64,000 nucleotides of DNA, from positions 482,320 through 546,319 of the forward strand of contig NMRA01000084.1 in NCBI GenBank assembly GCA_002633005.1, in the 5' to 3' direction. This document shows, piece by piece, positions 36,901 to 50,809 of the stretch (positions are counted from its first letter, which is position 1; each line of letters begins with the position of its first letter). The notes beneath the pieces were generated by a model, which ran no database searches, was not told the DNA's origin, and saw only the letters and a program-made list of their open reading frames with translations. Source of the stretch: Phoronis australis. Its lineage: Eukaryota; Animalia; Phoronida. The position numbers were made by a program, and so were the translations under genes.

Positions 36901-39900
36901 CGAAGCTTCGCTTTTAACCGTTAAACAAAGTTTAGACTCTAGTGAGAAAGCACTTTTGATTGCAGATCTTACGTGAATATTTGTACAGTAACATCATTAG
37001 GTGGACCCAATAGCTCCCAGCACTGTCCGTTTAACTAGGTCAACAACACTTAAAATGACACTAAGCCTCGGGCTTAGTTCCGTAGATGGCAAGACTTTGC
37101 TTTTGGAACATAAACAGTCAATTCCCACAATTCAATACTCCCTTTACCTAGACGACCAATCACTCACTTCAGTGGTCGCTATTTTCCTAGGACAGTCTAG
37201 TAAACTGCCGAGCATACTCGCGAAATATTCAATTTTCACTCTTTTGGTTTTGTGAAATCTTATGAGATATCGCTTTTCTCGCAAGAAACTTGTTCCACGC
37301 AACGATCTCCTGTTATAGTGATTTCATCCAACACTGGTTCTGCCCTCTGGTATACTTTTTCATCATGCCTCACAGTGGATCACGGATTTCGAGCTGAGAG
37401 ATTGTCCCTCAATAGCCAACTAACTCGCAGGAAGCACTACTCGCATTTGTCTATTTAAAACACGTTGTGAAATGAACTTGTTCCAAAATTCAAGGTTATA
37501 AAATCAAAATCGAGTACGTATTATTTTGTTGCAAATATGTGACTAAAATAATAGTAAGAAATACATGTTTGTAAATCAGAGTAGATTTCCTAAAGGAGTC
37601 TGTTTGAAAAATGCACGGTTGGCACATTGTTCAAACTATAAATCTAGTTTTCAGTGACACTCGTTATGTAATTTCTTTGCAAACTATAAGGGCTGCATAG
37701 GCAGACCTGAGGTAAGCCGTTTTTTCCTCAATCGTCAGACAACTCGCAAAAAGCGATAGTCACGCCTGTCCGTGTAGCAAACTCTGCAAGAAATTTCCGC
37801 CGACTTGCTCCAAACGTTTAAGGTTCAACAGCGTCAAAAGAATTTAATTCATTTTGAAGATTTAGGACGAAGTTTGTATCTGTTAATGGGTCAATTCCGG
37901 GGCTTTACTATCCCTTTAAGTTCAGAACAGCCCCTTTTTGCAAAGTTTTGGTCACATGAGAAAAACAATTGTTTGTTGCAGTAAGGCTTTCACTCATGCT
38001 ATAAAAAACGATCACTTTTGTGGGTTAAACATCTGCAGTTAATTTCCCATATCCCGAATTCAACTGTCCTCTTTTGGCGGGGAAACCGCATTGCATGATT
38101 GATTTGATTTTCGAAAAGTGCAAACTGAAGGTCCTTAAAACACACTCTCTGAACCGAGTCGAACAACGTAAGGATTGATCGAGCGTTACTAAACATCTCA
38201 AATTTGATATCAGCATTGAAACTCAGTAAGCGACTGCTCAATTGCAATGTTTTTGGAATGGCTGAAGACAAACTAACCTGAAAGATAGTCATTAGACTCG
38301 CAGTGCTCAAAATATAACTGTAGCGCAAGTGAAGACTCACAGAGGGCGCAGTGGTAATGCAAATAGGACCTGAGAAGTGGCAATCGGATCCAACTTGTGT
38401 GAACTTCAGGAACGCCTGCCACACAGGGATTCGCTTGTAAACATCCCGCTCTTCCACTCGCACTTGGTTTTACGCTAGTCAGGTCGTGTACTCGCTGTAC
38501 GGTGTTACGTTCTGAAAAAATACGCGTACCTCAGCGGGGAAGTGTGGCATGGGTAGGTATTTGGCAAATTCAATATACTTGTGCGGAGCGAAAATGATAA
38601 TGATCTACGAACCTTTTTGGCAACAAAATGATTCATTTCAACCCGACATTAGACAGTTGTAGTTAATATTCCTTGGTGGTAAACGCAATCCGAGGTTGGA
38701 TGACGTCAACGGTTCTACTTGTTTATAAAGCTAAAACTCAAAGTCGGTTCTGATATTTACCCCGACTCATTTTGATACCTGCGTTCGTCGGCCATCATAT
38801 ATTTTAGCCGAGATCTCGTAGCCAAAGTTTTAATAGATGTGATTGATAACCGACGAAAAAATACTGAATTATTTCCGTTCGTCTCATAGGGAAATTCTTG
38901 ATTGAAAGAGTGGGCTATCAAAAAATATACCGCACCTCCGACGCAAGTTTTCGAAAAACACTAATCAGAACGGCTATATTTTTATCTAACCAGGAGTGGT
39001 CTAACGTCTAGTACCCATGGAGCATGAAAGCTAATTCGCAATCATATTTTGCATGTGCAGTTCGACGGACAACACCAACAAAATATGTAAAGCAACTCGT
39101 TTTTAATTTTAAAACGAATATTGTACTTCAGATGTATCCATGTAGTGAAGGGTTGGGACTCGTTTGCAACTACCGGTCAGTGAATAACAGTGTGCATGAC
39201 CACTAATCCATAGGTTTTCTTCTATCAGTATGTGTGTCTTAAAAATTCGGTGTTGTTTCGCAACTTTATTGATATTCAAGCGACATCTATTGACAATATT
39301 GATGCTCAATCTTCAATTTTCTGTCTAGGTGGCTATCATGTAACAGTTCTTTATAAAACCTGTGAGGAAGCAAACAATTCAGAACTCTTCAACTAATTAT
39401 GTGCATCTTTAACTACGCTTAACTACGCTTGGGCATCAAACAATAAGGTAACTGAGATCAGTACAGCAGACGTGATGAAACGTACAAGTATTTCCACTTC
39501 TCTAAGTCGTCTAGTGACATCTATCGGCAAATAACACACCCAGTCGATACCCTCCTTCACCGAACATGTGACAGCCAACGAGCCGCAAGATGAAGGGTCA
39601 ACCATTCAAAACCGAGGTTGGTTTAACAAATTACACCAGAATTCGGCACTTGACTGAAAGTTGTTTGGAGATAGTCTTCTGGGGGCAAAATGCGACTTGC
39701 TTTTGATGAAATTTAGGACTACTTTGGCAATTTGTATTTCAAAACTTTTCTGTGTCAAACACCTCTGATATCATGTGATAGGAACATGGTCTCTGGTATT
39801 ACATTATCGGTTTCCATGGTAACATTGAGACTGTTTAAATGAGGTACATCTCATGCACTTGAAAAGAAACTAATTATACAGCAGTACCTCATACCCCGTC

Positions 39901-42334
39901 TGCCTGATAGGGCAATTGAAAATACATGTAACTATACATGAACCCGTACCACGCAAAGTAAAAACGTTCTCAGTCCCCACTGTATTCTTAAGAATGCAAG
40001 TGACTAGGGACACGAACATCATATTCGCTCGAGATCCGGGAATTGTTTCGGGCTCCTAACCATGCAGTTGGCTTAAGGAAACGAAATGAATGTTAGTCTT
40101 TCTCATTTTGGCCCAGTTTCATAACCTAACAGAATGACGCGTTATAATATGACGGCGATTTCTGTGGGTTTTTTTTCTCCCCGAGCCACTTACCCCGTCC
40201 TTTGTGTTCGAAGCTAGCACAGCGATTTCGAAGAAACATGTACAACTTTACACTTTTAGAAGTTGTTGTCTTGATGATGTGTGGTTGGCCGTTCCACGTT
40301 TCCTCATTCTGTTGTTAAGTTCAGCGATGAGTTAAATACGAAGTTCTCTTGGTTTTCAATGACCCAGTTTAATTGTGTTCTAGCTATGATTTGAAAATTC
40401 CGACGTTTTTATTTTCTGTATCAAATGACCTATGTTTCAGTTGCATAAAAATAAGCTGCAAATTTGTTAACAGTACCAGATTGTGGACAAACATGTATGA
40501 CGTCACCAGTCTATGTGGTTGTGTGGGCCAAGTGACGTGTTCATCAAACATTTCCTCTCACTGTAGTGAATAAAATCACAAACATAAGCTTCCATAATTG
40601 TATTGGTTACTCTTTCTGATTTATTTATCTTAGAATGACTTTTCGCTGATTTTTGCAAGGATATTACTGAACGATGGCAGATGTATTTTGATTCCTGACG
40701 TGACTCGTCTTTCGAAATATTGGCTACTGGTATTAAGATTTCAATCTTAAGGTTCATTGACAATTTTGAACCGTTTGATTCTACTTTTCGGGCATTTAGT
40801 ATCAGTTCTGCAAGCGTGTGGCTCCTAACATACTTCACACTTCAGTGATACTGAGGCTCACTGAAGACTTCACTGACTTCATCATAGTATTTAATGATAA
40901 CTGAAATTATATAATTTATTTTCCAGTACCAACCTGCGGCCATGTTGCTGACATACATTGAGCGTCTTGCAGTTCCCTTAATTAGCACTTATCAGTTTGC
41001 TGCCTCAGCTTACATGTAATTTCACAAATTTTGAAAGATTCAAAGTCGTTTGAAGAGAAAGGTCATTGTTTTTTCCACAGTATTTAAATTAACACAATTC
41101 GTATTTCATTGGTTTGCGTTTTGCTTTGTTTTGTAATGAAAATTAATTTAAAGAGGCATGGAACGCGAAAGCACGTCCCAAATATCTTTTAAAGAAATCC
41201 TGACGAAAACACCATCTCGCAATGTCTAGTACAGAGAATTTCACTTTCAATGCGAGGAAATTTCCAAAAAAAAATCACAATTTCACAATTTTGAAACACG
41301 TGCGAAGGAAAAACTAACGTTTCTAATCTCCCTCCCACTTATGATAAATGTGCGCATGCGCTCACAGTCAGTTGCTTGAAGTCGTTTGAGGACAAAGGTC
41401 ACAAATTTCCATATAATTGAAATGTGCTACGTCTATGTCTTGCCATACCAAATAAGGAGACGTGATTTGCCTTGTAGGAGAAAACTTTGAAACTAAAAGA
41501 ATTTTTTTTGATATCAACAGAAATGAAAAATCTTTACGAACAAACCCAAAAAATACATGATGAGCAGGTTGAATTCTATTTCAGTGGCAGAGAACCACTT
41601 TCGATATTGCAATTTAGTATGTTTATCGCGTTCCAGGCCTTTTTGACACATCATATTTTATTTTCCATGAGAATGGCAATAATTGTGATATGGAGATCAT
41701 CAAGTCAAATGACACGACGGAGGAATTTCAACGAGATATGTGTACGTGTTAACATACATTCTCTTACAAACCAGGAGCGAGTGCTTGTAGTGCAGTGAAT
41801 GCGCACATTTTTTATTTGTATTTCGAATGAGGATTTCAGTCAGCCTTTCCAAGGATCGCCAATATCATTTCGCCATTATCTACATGCCACTTAATAAAAG
41901 TTCACATAACGCGTTACAAAATCCTGGCATTCAAAGGTTTTGCGTTCAGTCTGTTCACTTAAATTCCCAATTTTCTTTGAAGTAATCCTGGAAAACGAAT
42001 CTGGGACCACTTATCTTTCTTTATCGGTCCAAAATTTAAACACCAGCTCTTAGTCTAAATAAAACAAAAAACAACTGGATAATTCGTAACGTGCATTTTA
42101 AAATATTGTCTGTAAATAGCGTTCGGTTCATGGGAACAATTAACTTAATTTCCAAAACACTCTGAAAATAGAATATAACAATATCGACTGCCAGTGACGA
42201 GTATTGGGTTAATCAAAGTGAAAAAACATACAGTGTATAATTACAAAACGGATATTTTATAGTTAAAGATTTATTTGCAAACTATTCACTGTCTTGTTGC
42301 CACGTAACGTATAATGTTGTTTCCCACTTAAAAT

Positions 42335-44023
42335 GATCGAGTACGCCAACAAACTTGTTTAATTTTGGACGGTTCTGAATTATCTCATAGATCACATTTG
42401 AATTTAATTGACCAATTTGCGACATTTTCTGGTTTAATTGAATATCGAGAAAACAAGATGTGTCTGGATTGGTTCATAAAAGATTCTGACGAAAAACTTT
42501 GTGTCAATGGAAACCTGTTATGGACTAATAAACCTATCATGTTTTTGGGAATTAAATTCTCCACTGATTGTTATACAATGCCAGATATTAACTATAGTGG
42601 CAGGCTTTTGGAAATTAAGAAAATGGTGGGCTCTTGGTCAAGAAGAATTTTTACTGTTTTAGGTAAAACAACCTTGGTTAAGACAGTTTTGTTGCCACGA
42701 TTGTTCATTTGCTTTAACCCTTCACTAGCCCCTCCACTGACATGATTCAAGAATTAGAGCGGGTTTTTTGACTTCATTTGGAATGGGAAGAATGACAGAG
42801 TTAGCCGAAATAAAATTGTACAAAATCAGGATAGTGGTGGTCTAAAAAATGGTTCATGTTTGTTTTCTTTTTGTTAAGTCTTTGAAAATATCGTGGCTTC
42901 GTAAACTATTCACCTCAAATACCACACGTGACCTTGCAGAGGTAGTTTTGGGTTGTAAAGTTGATAACTTTTTTTTAAAAATAGAGGAAGCTTTCCTTAA
43001 AAAATCGCTGAAAGAACCGACGATCTGTTCTGGAAGGAAGTTTAAGCGATGTTGAACTCTTTTTTCAAATGTGTGACAAAAATGAAAATATTCACTCTCC
43101 CCTGTGGTATAATTCAAAGATTAAAGTCGGTAGAAAATGTATTTTCTACAAGACCTGGTATAAAATGGATGTCTATCGTGTGTGCGATTTGTGTAATGCT
43201 GAAGGTTCTTTTATGTCATACGAAAAACTTTGTAACAGTTATAACTTTCAACCTTCAATACTAGAATTTCAACTTTTGCAGCGTACATGGGTCTTAAGAA
43301 TAGACTAGACATTATCTTTTTCCCAAATTTTCCATGTTATTTTAATAAAAATTTGCATAATAAATCACAAGCGGTAACTATTTATGACACCATAGTACAC
43401 ACACTTCTGACATCTTGTAAATATAAAAACAAGTGGTCATCTGAGATAGATATAAGCGTTATGATGTAAATTTTAGTGACTCTTGATACATGGTGGAGAA
43501 AAGTAAATAAACTCGCGTTCAATTGTACAAAAGATACAAAATTGCGTTGGTTTCAATTCTGCTTAATTCACAGAATATTGCCAACGAATAATTATTTGCA
43601 TAAAATCAAAATAAAACAACAAGTGATTTATGCTCTTTCTGTGGTGAACACCTTGAAACTTTTCTCCATCTGTTTTGGGAATGTCGCCTTGTCTCCAGTT
43701 TTTGGCTCCTGTTTGCTGAATGGTTCAAACAGACGTAAATTATCGTGTGCACAAAATAACAGTGTTTTTGGGTTTTTTGGAAAACGAAAAATTGTAACAT
43801 TAATCTATTGATTAATCTAGCAGAATTACATATTTAGCCACCAAAAGTTTGTTAAAAAGTCTCATAATTTTCACATGTTCGTAAACTTTATTAAATTACA
43901 TCCTGAAGAAAATACGGTACTTTTTGATTAATGATTTAATGTTATTCTTTGTAAATGATGTATTCTGTATTGTTTTATGTGACTTCTAATTATCATGCTA
44001 GAGCAAAATAAAAATATTAAAAA
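42335..44023 (+). mobile_element. 5'-truncated, frameshifted L1/Tx1-clade non-LTR retrotransposon (ORF2 C-terminal half)
   Basis: Collinear fragments: decayed YADD region (EYA..TCLILDGSE), FLGIKF, WSRRIFTVLGKTTLVKTVLLPRL, FIWNGK..RV......GGL, PLWYNSKI, TKLRWFQF.LIHRILPTN, and the zinc knuckle CSFC...ETFLHLFWEC. Ends in AATAAA plus an A-rich tail. Confidence 0.9.
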
Positions 44024-44654
44024 TTTTTCTCCCACTCCTTAGTAATTCCCAATATGTTTGTAATGCCATATCTAAATATTTGAATACTTACAATTAGAAC
44101 TACTTACATATATATAGTTCTATGTATATTACTTTCATCTACCAACTGTCTTCAACTCAGATATAATGCTTCGCGATTTCTGGGTTTGTCATTATTTCCG
44201 TTGTATCTTCTGTGTATTCTTCAAATATATACATGTATACCACCTTGAAAAAAGTTCCAAAGTTTTTTCCTATGATTATCGATTGCTAAATTGACCGAAA
44301 TGTTGTTTCAAGTGTTTCAACCAATAAACATGTGAGTTGCATACTGATGTAAAGGTTTTTATTAATAAACAACAATATTGTTCAAATAACAGAAAAAGGC
44401 AACGCAGTGAACAGTAAAACATGATGACTAAAGATATTTAGATTTTAAATTGCAGAATATATGATGTCATGTAAGTTACAGTGCATTAAGCAAAAATAAT
44501 CTGACGAAAGCTTTTCCTCGTCATGACGGCTAGTTCTGTAAACAGAGAAAAATAATTTGTAATAACTGTTCTCGGGGATTCTAATTACAAAACGGCTTGG
44601 TCACATTACTAACTTCCCTGTTAATTCATCTCATTCTCAGTCATGAGTGAAGAC

Positions 44655-44821
44655 CAGTGCCGTAGTGGTAAAATTAGAGGTAAGTAGGCGCCCAAAGCCC
44701 ACCGTATTACCATGCAGTTGAGCACTGAACGTACATGTAGCTAAGGTGCATTGGCGCTACGTTCAAATGCCAGAAGGTGGTTGGCTGCGCACAGGTGCGC
44801 CTATGCCCCAATACAGCACTG
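44655..44821. mobile_element. hAT-type MITE, 167 bp
   Basis: TIRs CAGTGCCGTA / TACAGCACTG with a perfect 8-bp TSD GTGAAGAC (44647-44654 and 44822-44829). Confidence 0.85.
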
Positions 44822-45548
44822 GTGAAGACTACTATGACGATGAATTTTTTTTCTACTAGCCGTCATGACGGGGTATTGCGAGTCATCTTGTTTGAATACT
44901 TTTTGCTTTTACTTTACCTGAAATGTACATACACATGCGACCAATGTTGGATTCAAATTCAAATTATCTTGAATACCTGCAAGACTTTTATATTAAGGAC
45001 ATTGCGAGGTTGTTAGCATGGAAACTGTCAAACATTGAAGATAGTGGGGACATAATGGCGAGATGGGGTGCAATTTTCAATTTCCCGGTTTAAATTTGGG
45101 TCGCTTTGTCACCATTTGGATAGAAATTTAGCGTGTTATTTGAGAAAAAATGGGATGGGTCGCAAAATCCCTGTTTTTGCTTAATATAGGTTTCTGTAGG
45201 ATAATAGTGTGCGCGGTATGAATATCAAAGAGAGCTTAAAGCGTAAACAAATTTAGATACCTCGGAAATCGGACAGTATCAAATTTCATTTACAGTAGAT
45301 GTTTTCCAGGCAAGGGATCAACTTTTAACCCTCAGCTATGGGGGCGATTTTTTTCTTGCCTCAACTTCGGTTGCATTTTGTGTTATGGCCAGCTCGCTTC
45401 AAATTTGAAAGACCTCCTACCCTGTAAAAGACGACGCTCTCTGTTGCGTTTTTTTTAATTTCCGTATATGTTGTAATGCCGTGACAGCCGATAAGGAAGA
45501 CAAGTATTGTCTCGTAAAACTATACAATATGCAGAACGGCAAGCCACG

Positions 45549-45666
45549 CATGGGCGGTGCAGCCCACCCTCCCCCTGTGGTGCACCGCCCATAGACCATG
45601 GTCGGTTCAGCACTGAAAAAAGTGGGGGATAGAGCTCCCAGCACCCTATGGTGCACCGCCCGTATG
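45549..45666. mobile_element. Small GC-rich inverted-repeat element (MITE-like)
   Basis: ATGGGCGGTGCA at the left end; TGGTGCACCGCCC twice (internal and right end); no clear TSD. Confidence 0.45.
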
Positions 45667-46419
45667 ACTACCTGTGAAGGGCTGATGGGGTCATATAGTA
45701 CCATCTGTTCGTTTCAAAAAGCCCGGTTATTTCATTGTTTCAATAGAGGGCTCTGCAAGTTTGTAGATTTTTTTAACCTTTCTACATGTATGCGATTTCG
45801 TACCACAATATTCTATCGATTTTTCTCCACTGGCGATGACGAATGTTCTGACTGAAGATCTACGAAAAATCGTCTATTACAGCATTCAATTTGCAGTTAA
45901 TATCGTACAGCTGTTACGATTAGGTGAATTGTTTAGAATGATGAAACCTGAGTGTCGATGACTATTTGCCGTTAGTTGAGCGTGTGTGCCAAATGAAATA
46001 CATGTTTTTTACAGTAGCTCTTTGGTGTGTTCTATCTTGCTCGGAAACCAAGTCTGAAGACTGATCAGATTAAGAAAATATTATTCCAGGCAATTTTTTT
46101 GGCAAAAATGCTGCGCCCAATTTTCACCTATTCCTTAATATAAAGTAACCTGGAATATTATTAACTGTTGTGATCAGACTCCTGGAAGTTTGCGAACAAT
46201 ATGGTCGTCTAAACCAATGAGCACGGTGATAGTCGTGGGTTGTTCTATCAAGATTCAGGCTATGCACTTAAATCGGTTTGCAAATTGCGATTGGAGATAT
46301 GATGGTGATGCCTCAATCATAATCGCGTACGCTGCGTAACATAATTATTGTAAGCCCTATATTCATGTACACAAAGGATTGCGCATCATCGAACCAGCTG
46401 CTGATGAGTTAAAGACCTG

Positions 46420-46800
46420 GGCCCGGTCTCCAATCTTTTTACTCGAAATGGAACTCGAAATTAGGTTTGGCATTTTCTACTCTACTTTTGGGCGAACTCA
46501 AGATAAGTGTCTATCATTCTATGCTCGAGTACAAAATAACTTACGTAGATAATTTATTGCCCTTAGTTCACAGTTTGTAAACCCAATATTAAAGCCATAA
46601 GTTCGAGTTTTTACTCGTGTTTGCAGCACGAATATAAGGGTCTTCAAGGGCAAACTTGAACTAAAAACTCTTATGCATAAACTATAATGTCTTCGAGCAC
46701 AGTCTGATAACCAATTATCTTAAGTTCGCACAAAAGAAGCAGAGAAATTGCCAAAAATAGTTTCGAGTTCGTTTCAAGGACAAAGATTAGAGACCGGGCC
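46420..46800. mobile_element. Palindromic MITE, PIF/Harbinger-like
   Basis: TIRs GGCCCGGTCTCCAATCTTT / AAAGATTAGAGACCGGGCC, imperfect symmetry extending far inward, 3-bp TSD CTG. Confidence 0.82.
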
Positions 46801-47006
46801 CTGGTCGCACGCGTTCAACCTTTATTAAATGGTTAGAGAATGTTATAAGGATCCAAGAAGTACCTACCCCATAACTAATACACATTCCGTACTCGAAAAA
46901 AGTTTAAACTTTAATGAACGCGCCACTCACGATTCGCACCCAAAGAACCACCGCCATTTTGAACTTGCCGCGAACCCGGAAGTACAATTCATTCAGGAAC
47001 CCAGGC

Positions 47007-47812
47007 NNNNNNNNNNNNNNNNNNNNNNNNNNNNNNNNNNNNNNNNNNNNNNNNNNNNNNNNNNNNNNNNNNNNNNNNNNNNNNNNNNNNNNNNNNNNNN
47101 NNNNNNNNNNNNNNNNNNNNNNNNNNNNNNNNNNNNNNNNNNNNNNNNNNNNNNNNNNNNNNNNNNNNNNNNNNNNNNNNNNNNNNNNNNNNNNNNNNNN
47201 NNNNNNNNNNNNNNNNNNNNNNNNNNNNNNNNNNNNNNNNNNNNNNNNNNNNNNNNNNNNNNNNNNNNNNNNNNNNNNNNNNNNNNNNNNNNNNNNNNNN
47301 NNNNNNNNNNNNNNNNNNNNNNNNNNNNNNNNNNNNNNNNNNNNNNNNNNNNNNNNNNNNNNNNNNNNNNNNNNNNNNNNNNNNNNNNNNNNNNNNNNNN
47401 NNNNNNNNNNNNNNNNNNNNNNNNNNNNNNNNNNNNNNNNNNNNNNNNNNNNNNNNNNNNNNNNNNNNNNNNNNNNNNNNNNNNNNNNNNNNNNNNNNNN
47501 NNNNNNNNNNNNNNNNNNNNNNNNNNNNNNNNNNNNNNNNNNNNNNNNNNNNNNNNNNNNNNNNNNNNNNNNNNNNNNNNNNNNNNNNNNNNNNNNNNNN
47601 NNNNNNNNNNNNNNNNNNNNNNNNNNNNNNNNNNNNNNNNNNNNNNNNNNNNNNNNNNNNNNNNNNNNNNNNNNNNNNNNNNNNNNNNNNNNNNNNNNNN
47701 NNNNNNNNNNNNNNNNNNNNNNNNNNNNNNNNNNNNNNNNNNNNNNNNNNNNNNNNNNNNNNNNNNNNNNNNNNNNNNNNNNNNNNNNNNNNNNNNNNNN
47801 NNNNNNNNNNNN
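47007..47812. other. Assembly gap (806 N)
   Basis: Run of N. Confidence 1.
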
Positions 47813-50561
47813 GTCCAGATTTTTCTCGTTGCGGGGTGCGATCTAGCGCAGATTTTGACTTAATCTGCGGTTAATCCCGACTCCGAGTCCACAGGAACTT
47901 AAGAATCTTAGGAAAGGCTATTTGGGAGGATTAAAGGTAATTTGAGTCGAAACTATTTTTACTCAAGAATTCAAGTTGTCCTATCGACGATCGCGAAGCA
48001 GCGACGCATCAGTCGGCAAGTTTTCGCCCTGGGATTTCAGCACATTTTTTTAAAAAGATCGTAATTTAACAACAGAGTTTGATAGCAATGCACCACAGTT
48101 TTGTAGCTAGTCTGTCATAGGTTCCACATACGTCACAGCGCGTAAATTTGATGAATCCTAGCTTCCGATTTCACCCGTTTCGGAGACCAGGTTTTAACTG
48201 CCGTAGGCTACAAAAAGAGTCCCCCTGGGCGCTTCTTAGAGCGAATACGGTAGCCCTAATAGATGGTGACATCAGTGCACGAAACGATGATTTTTATTTA
48301 AATTAGCAGCAAGTTTGTGGTGACTGGCGCCAATGGCCAGGTGACCGAACTTCGGGCTTGGCGAGTAGATTTTCTGGCTCCGGCACTCGCCCAGCTGGCG
48401 AGCAGGGTTTTTCAAGACTAAAAGCCTGGGTATATCCCTGACTTCCACACTTTTTCAAAACAGGGAAAACTACTAAGGAATGGCGGAGGAGGGTAAAAGT
48501 CTAGTTGCCGTAAGTATTGGTATGTTTTTGGTGATCGATTCAACATCAGACAACTTGATATTTGGTAACGTTGATAAGTCTTTTGACCACAACACCTTGC
48601 AGGACGATGCCATGTTTGTCAAGGCGCCTCGTTTTCGATCAACACGACAGCAGCGCCCCGCGTTCGTGAAAGTGGTGAATACAGCTTTGCGCCAAGGCTA
48701 CCCTGAGGCCTAACTGGTCGCTGGCCACAGCGCTCGCTCAAACGAGGTTTATTTAGAACTTGGGTACAGGTACTTCTGGCGAACTGCGCAATGTTGTTGG
48801 CTTTCAGCAGATATTTGCCCAGACTTTGTATGAGCGCACCAAGCCTAAAAGAATGGGGGGCTGGAATTTTTGGGAATGTCTATCTTTTACTATAAGATCC
48901 ACTGGGTATGTTCAGAGCTATGAATTGCAGACGCTAAATTTTGGTACTTCCTGTCTTCTAGTGGAGTATTGTCTCATTTTCTACTTTTTTCTGAATTCGT
49001 GCTTCTCTGAGTGAGGCAGACCTTTTTCCAGTTCTCCAAATAGGGAGCCACTTCGAGCACATAAGTATGACAAGTTCAATACAAAATGTTATCATTTTTT
49101 TATTCATTAACTCAAAATGATTCAAAATTTTAACATAATAAGTAACTTAATACGCACAATACTTAACAACATTTAGCATTACAAACACTATTCAACAGCA
49201 ACAGTTTCCATGATATGAGAGTGAACATACATGTAACTATCACCATAGTGACGAATAGTGTTTCCTTACACCAGAATTTGACAAGCATGATAAAAAATAT
49301 GAAGTTGCAAGGAACAACAATTAGAGGCTTGAAGCTTCACAATCCAACATAGCGTATTTCTCAAATCAAGATTATTCATATTGTTGACTTGATAACCTGA
49401 ATTAAGAAGCAATAAGTTACAAAACATGACTTGAAAGCAATTGAGACTTAAAATTTTTAAAAAAATATTAATCATTTTGTGACACCGAATCAAGTCTTGA
49501 ACAGCAGTTGACAGTCAAACAAAAAACCATTTCAAAATTATTTCAACTATCTCTTTTGCTTAATTCGAATATATCTTATATTTTTGCACAAAAACACGAA
49601 AATTAAACACAGATTCGTTTTTGTAGAAACGTTTGTCAAAATGTAAACGTTAAATCTTCACAAATTGCAAAGTAGCCAATTGAACATGCCTTTCAGTTTA
49701 GCAAAAGTCGCCATGTTGTCGGTGACGCCAGAAATGAGACGAAGTCCAACGGGAATTGTGAGGACATTCATCACTTAATGAGTAACAACTGCGAGGCTGA
49801 AATTTGGTGAACAATGTTGAATCGTGCAGAATAATAAGTAAAGATATGTCTAACTAAATTTCATCGTAATTTTTTGACGAAAACAGTTTACACAAAGTTT
49901 TTAACTCATAACTTATCCCGCTGTCCTCCAATATGGCCGACGCGATCCAAACAAAGTGACCCAAATTTGGCCACAAAACTTGTAAAATTAATTTACAGTG
50001 CTTGCCCCGATTTTGATACTTTTTCGATTTTTACTGAGTAGAATGCACTTCCTTTTCGATGATAGCAAAGTACTTTTTCAAAACGAGAAAAAAAATCAAA
50101 ACGAAAAAGAATTGGTTCGACCCATATTGGTTCCTAGGTTCGACCGGCCTACGTAAGGAACTAAACACCAATGATATTTTAATATACTAACTACGCGTAA
50201 CATTGCAAAAAAATCAATGACCTCTAACTACAAACTATAAATAAACTACAATGCAAACAAATCACGGGATATTACTAATAAAACAAAATAGTGACGACTT
50301 TTCGAGCAAGCGACAGCACATTCAGTTACAAGGAAAAATGGCGGCGTTCAGGAAAAGTTCCTGAACTGGTGAGCCGGAAATGTGGGTACGGAAATAACCG
50401 ATGACAGCCGGTAATTATACGCTCACAGAGAATGGTCAAATACTGTTAAAATCTCTTTTGGCAAGAAAGGCGAAAAGAATATAAAGAAAGGGTGTCGAAA
50501 ATAAGATTTCATGTAGTAAGTATTTTCGGATACTGGAACCACATGGGCATTTTGAGACCAG

Positions 50562-50809
50562 GGGCCCGTTCCAACAAAACTGACTTAGCTAAGACAAATC
50601 TTAAGTTTTTGTAAACTTTAAAATAAAAGTTAAATTTGTCTCAAAACCAATTCAAGAAAGAGATCTTAAGTTTGTTTTAAGTGTTTGACATAAGTTTTGT
50701 CTTAATTTTGACTTACTTGCCTAATGTGGAAGTTTCAAAGTTTGGAAGTTAAGACAAATCTTAAACTTAAGTCAAAAATGAACTTAAGTCAGTTTCTTGG
50801 AACAGGCCC
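50562..50809. mobile_element. Palindromic MITE, PIF/Harbinger-like
   Basis: TIRs GGGCCCGTTCCAACAAAACTGACTTA / TAAGTCAGTTTCTTGGAACAGGCCC, TSD CAG, internal CTTAAG repeats. Confidence 0.82.

Noticed and set aside
46829-47863. 344-aa and 310-aa ORFs
   Set aside because: They only appear long because they run through the N gap.
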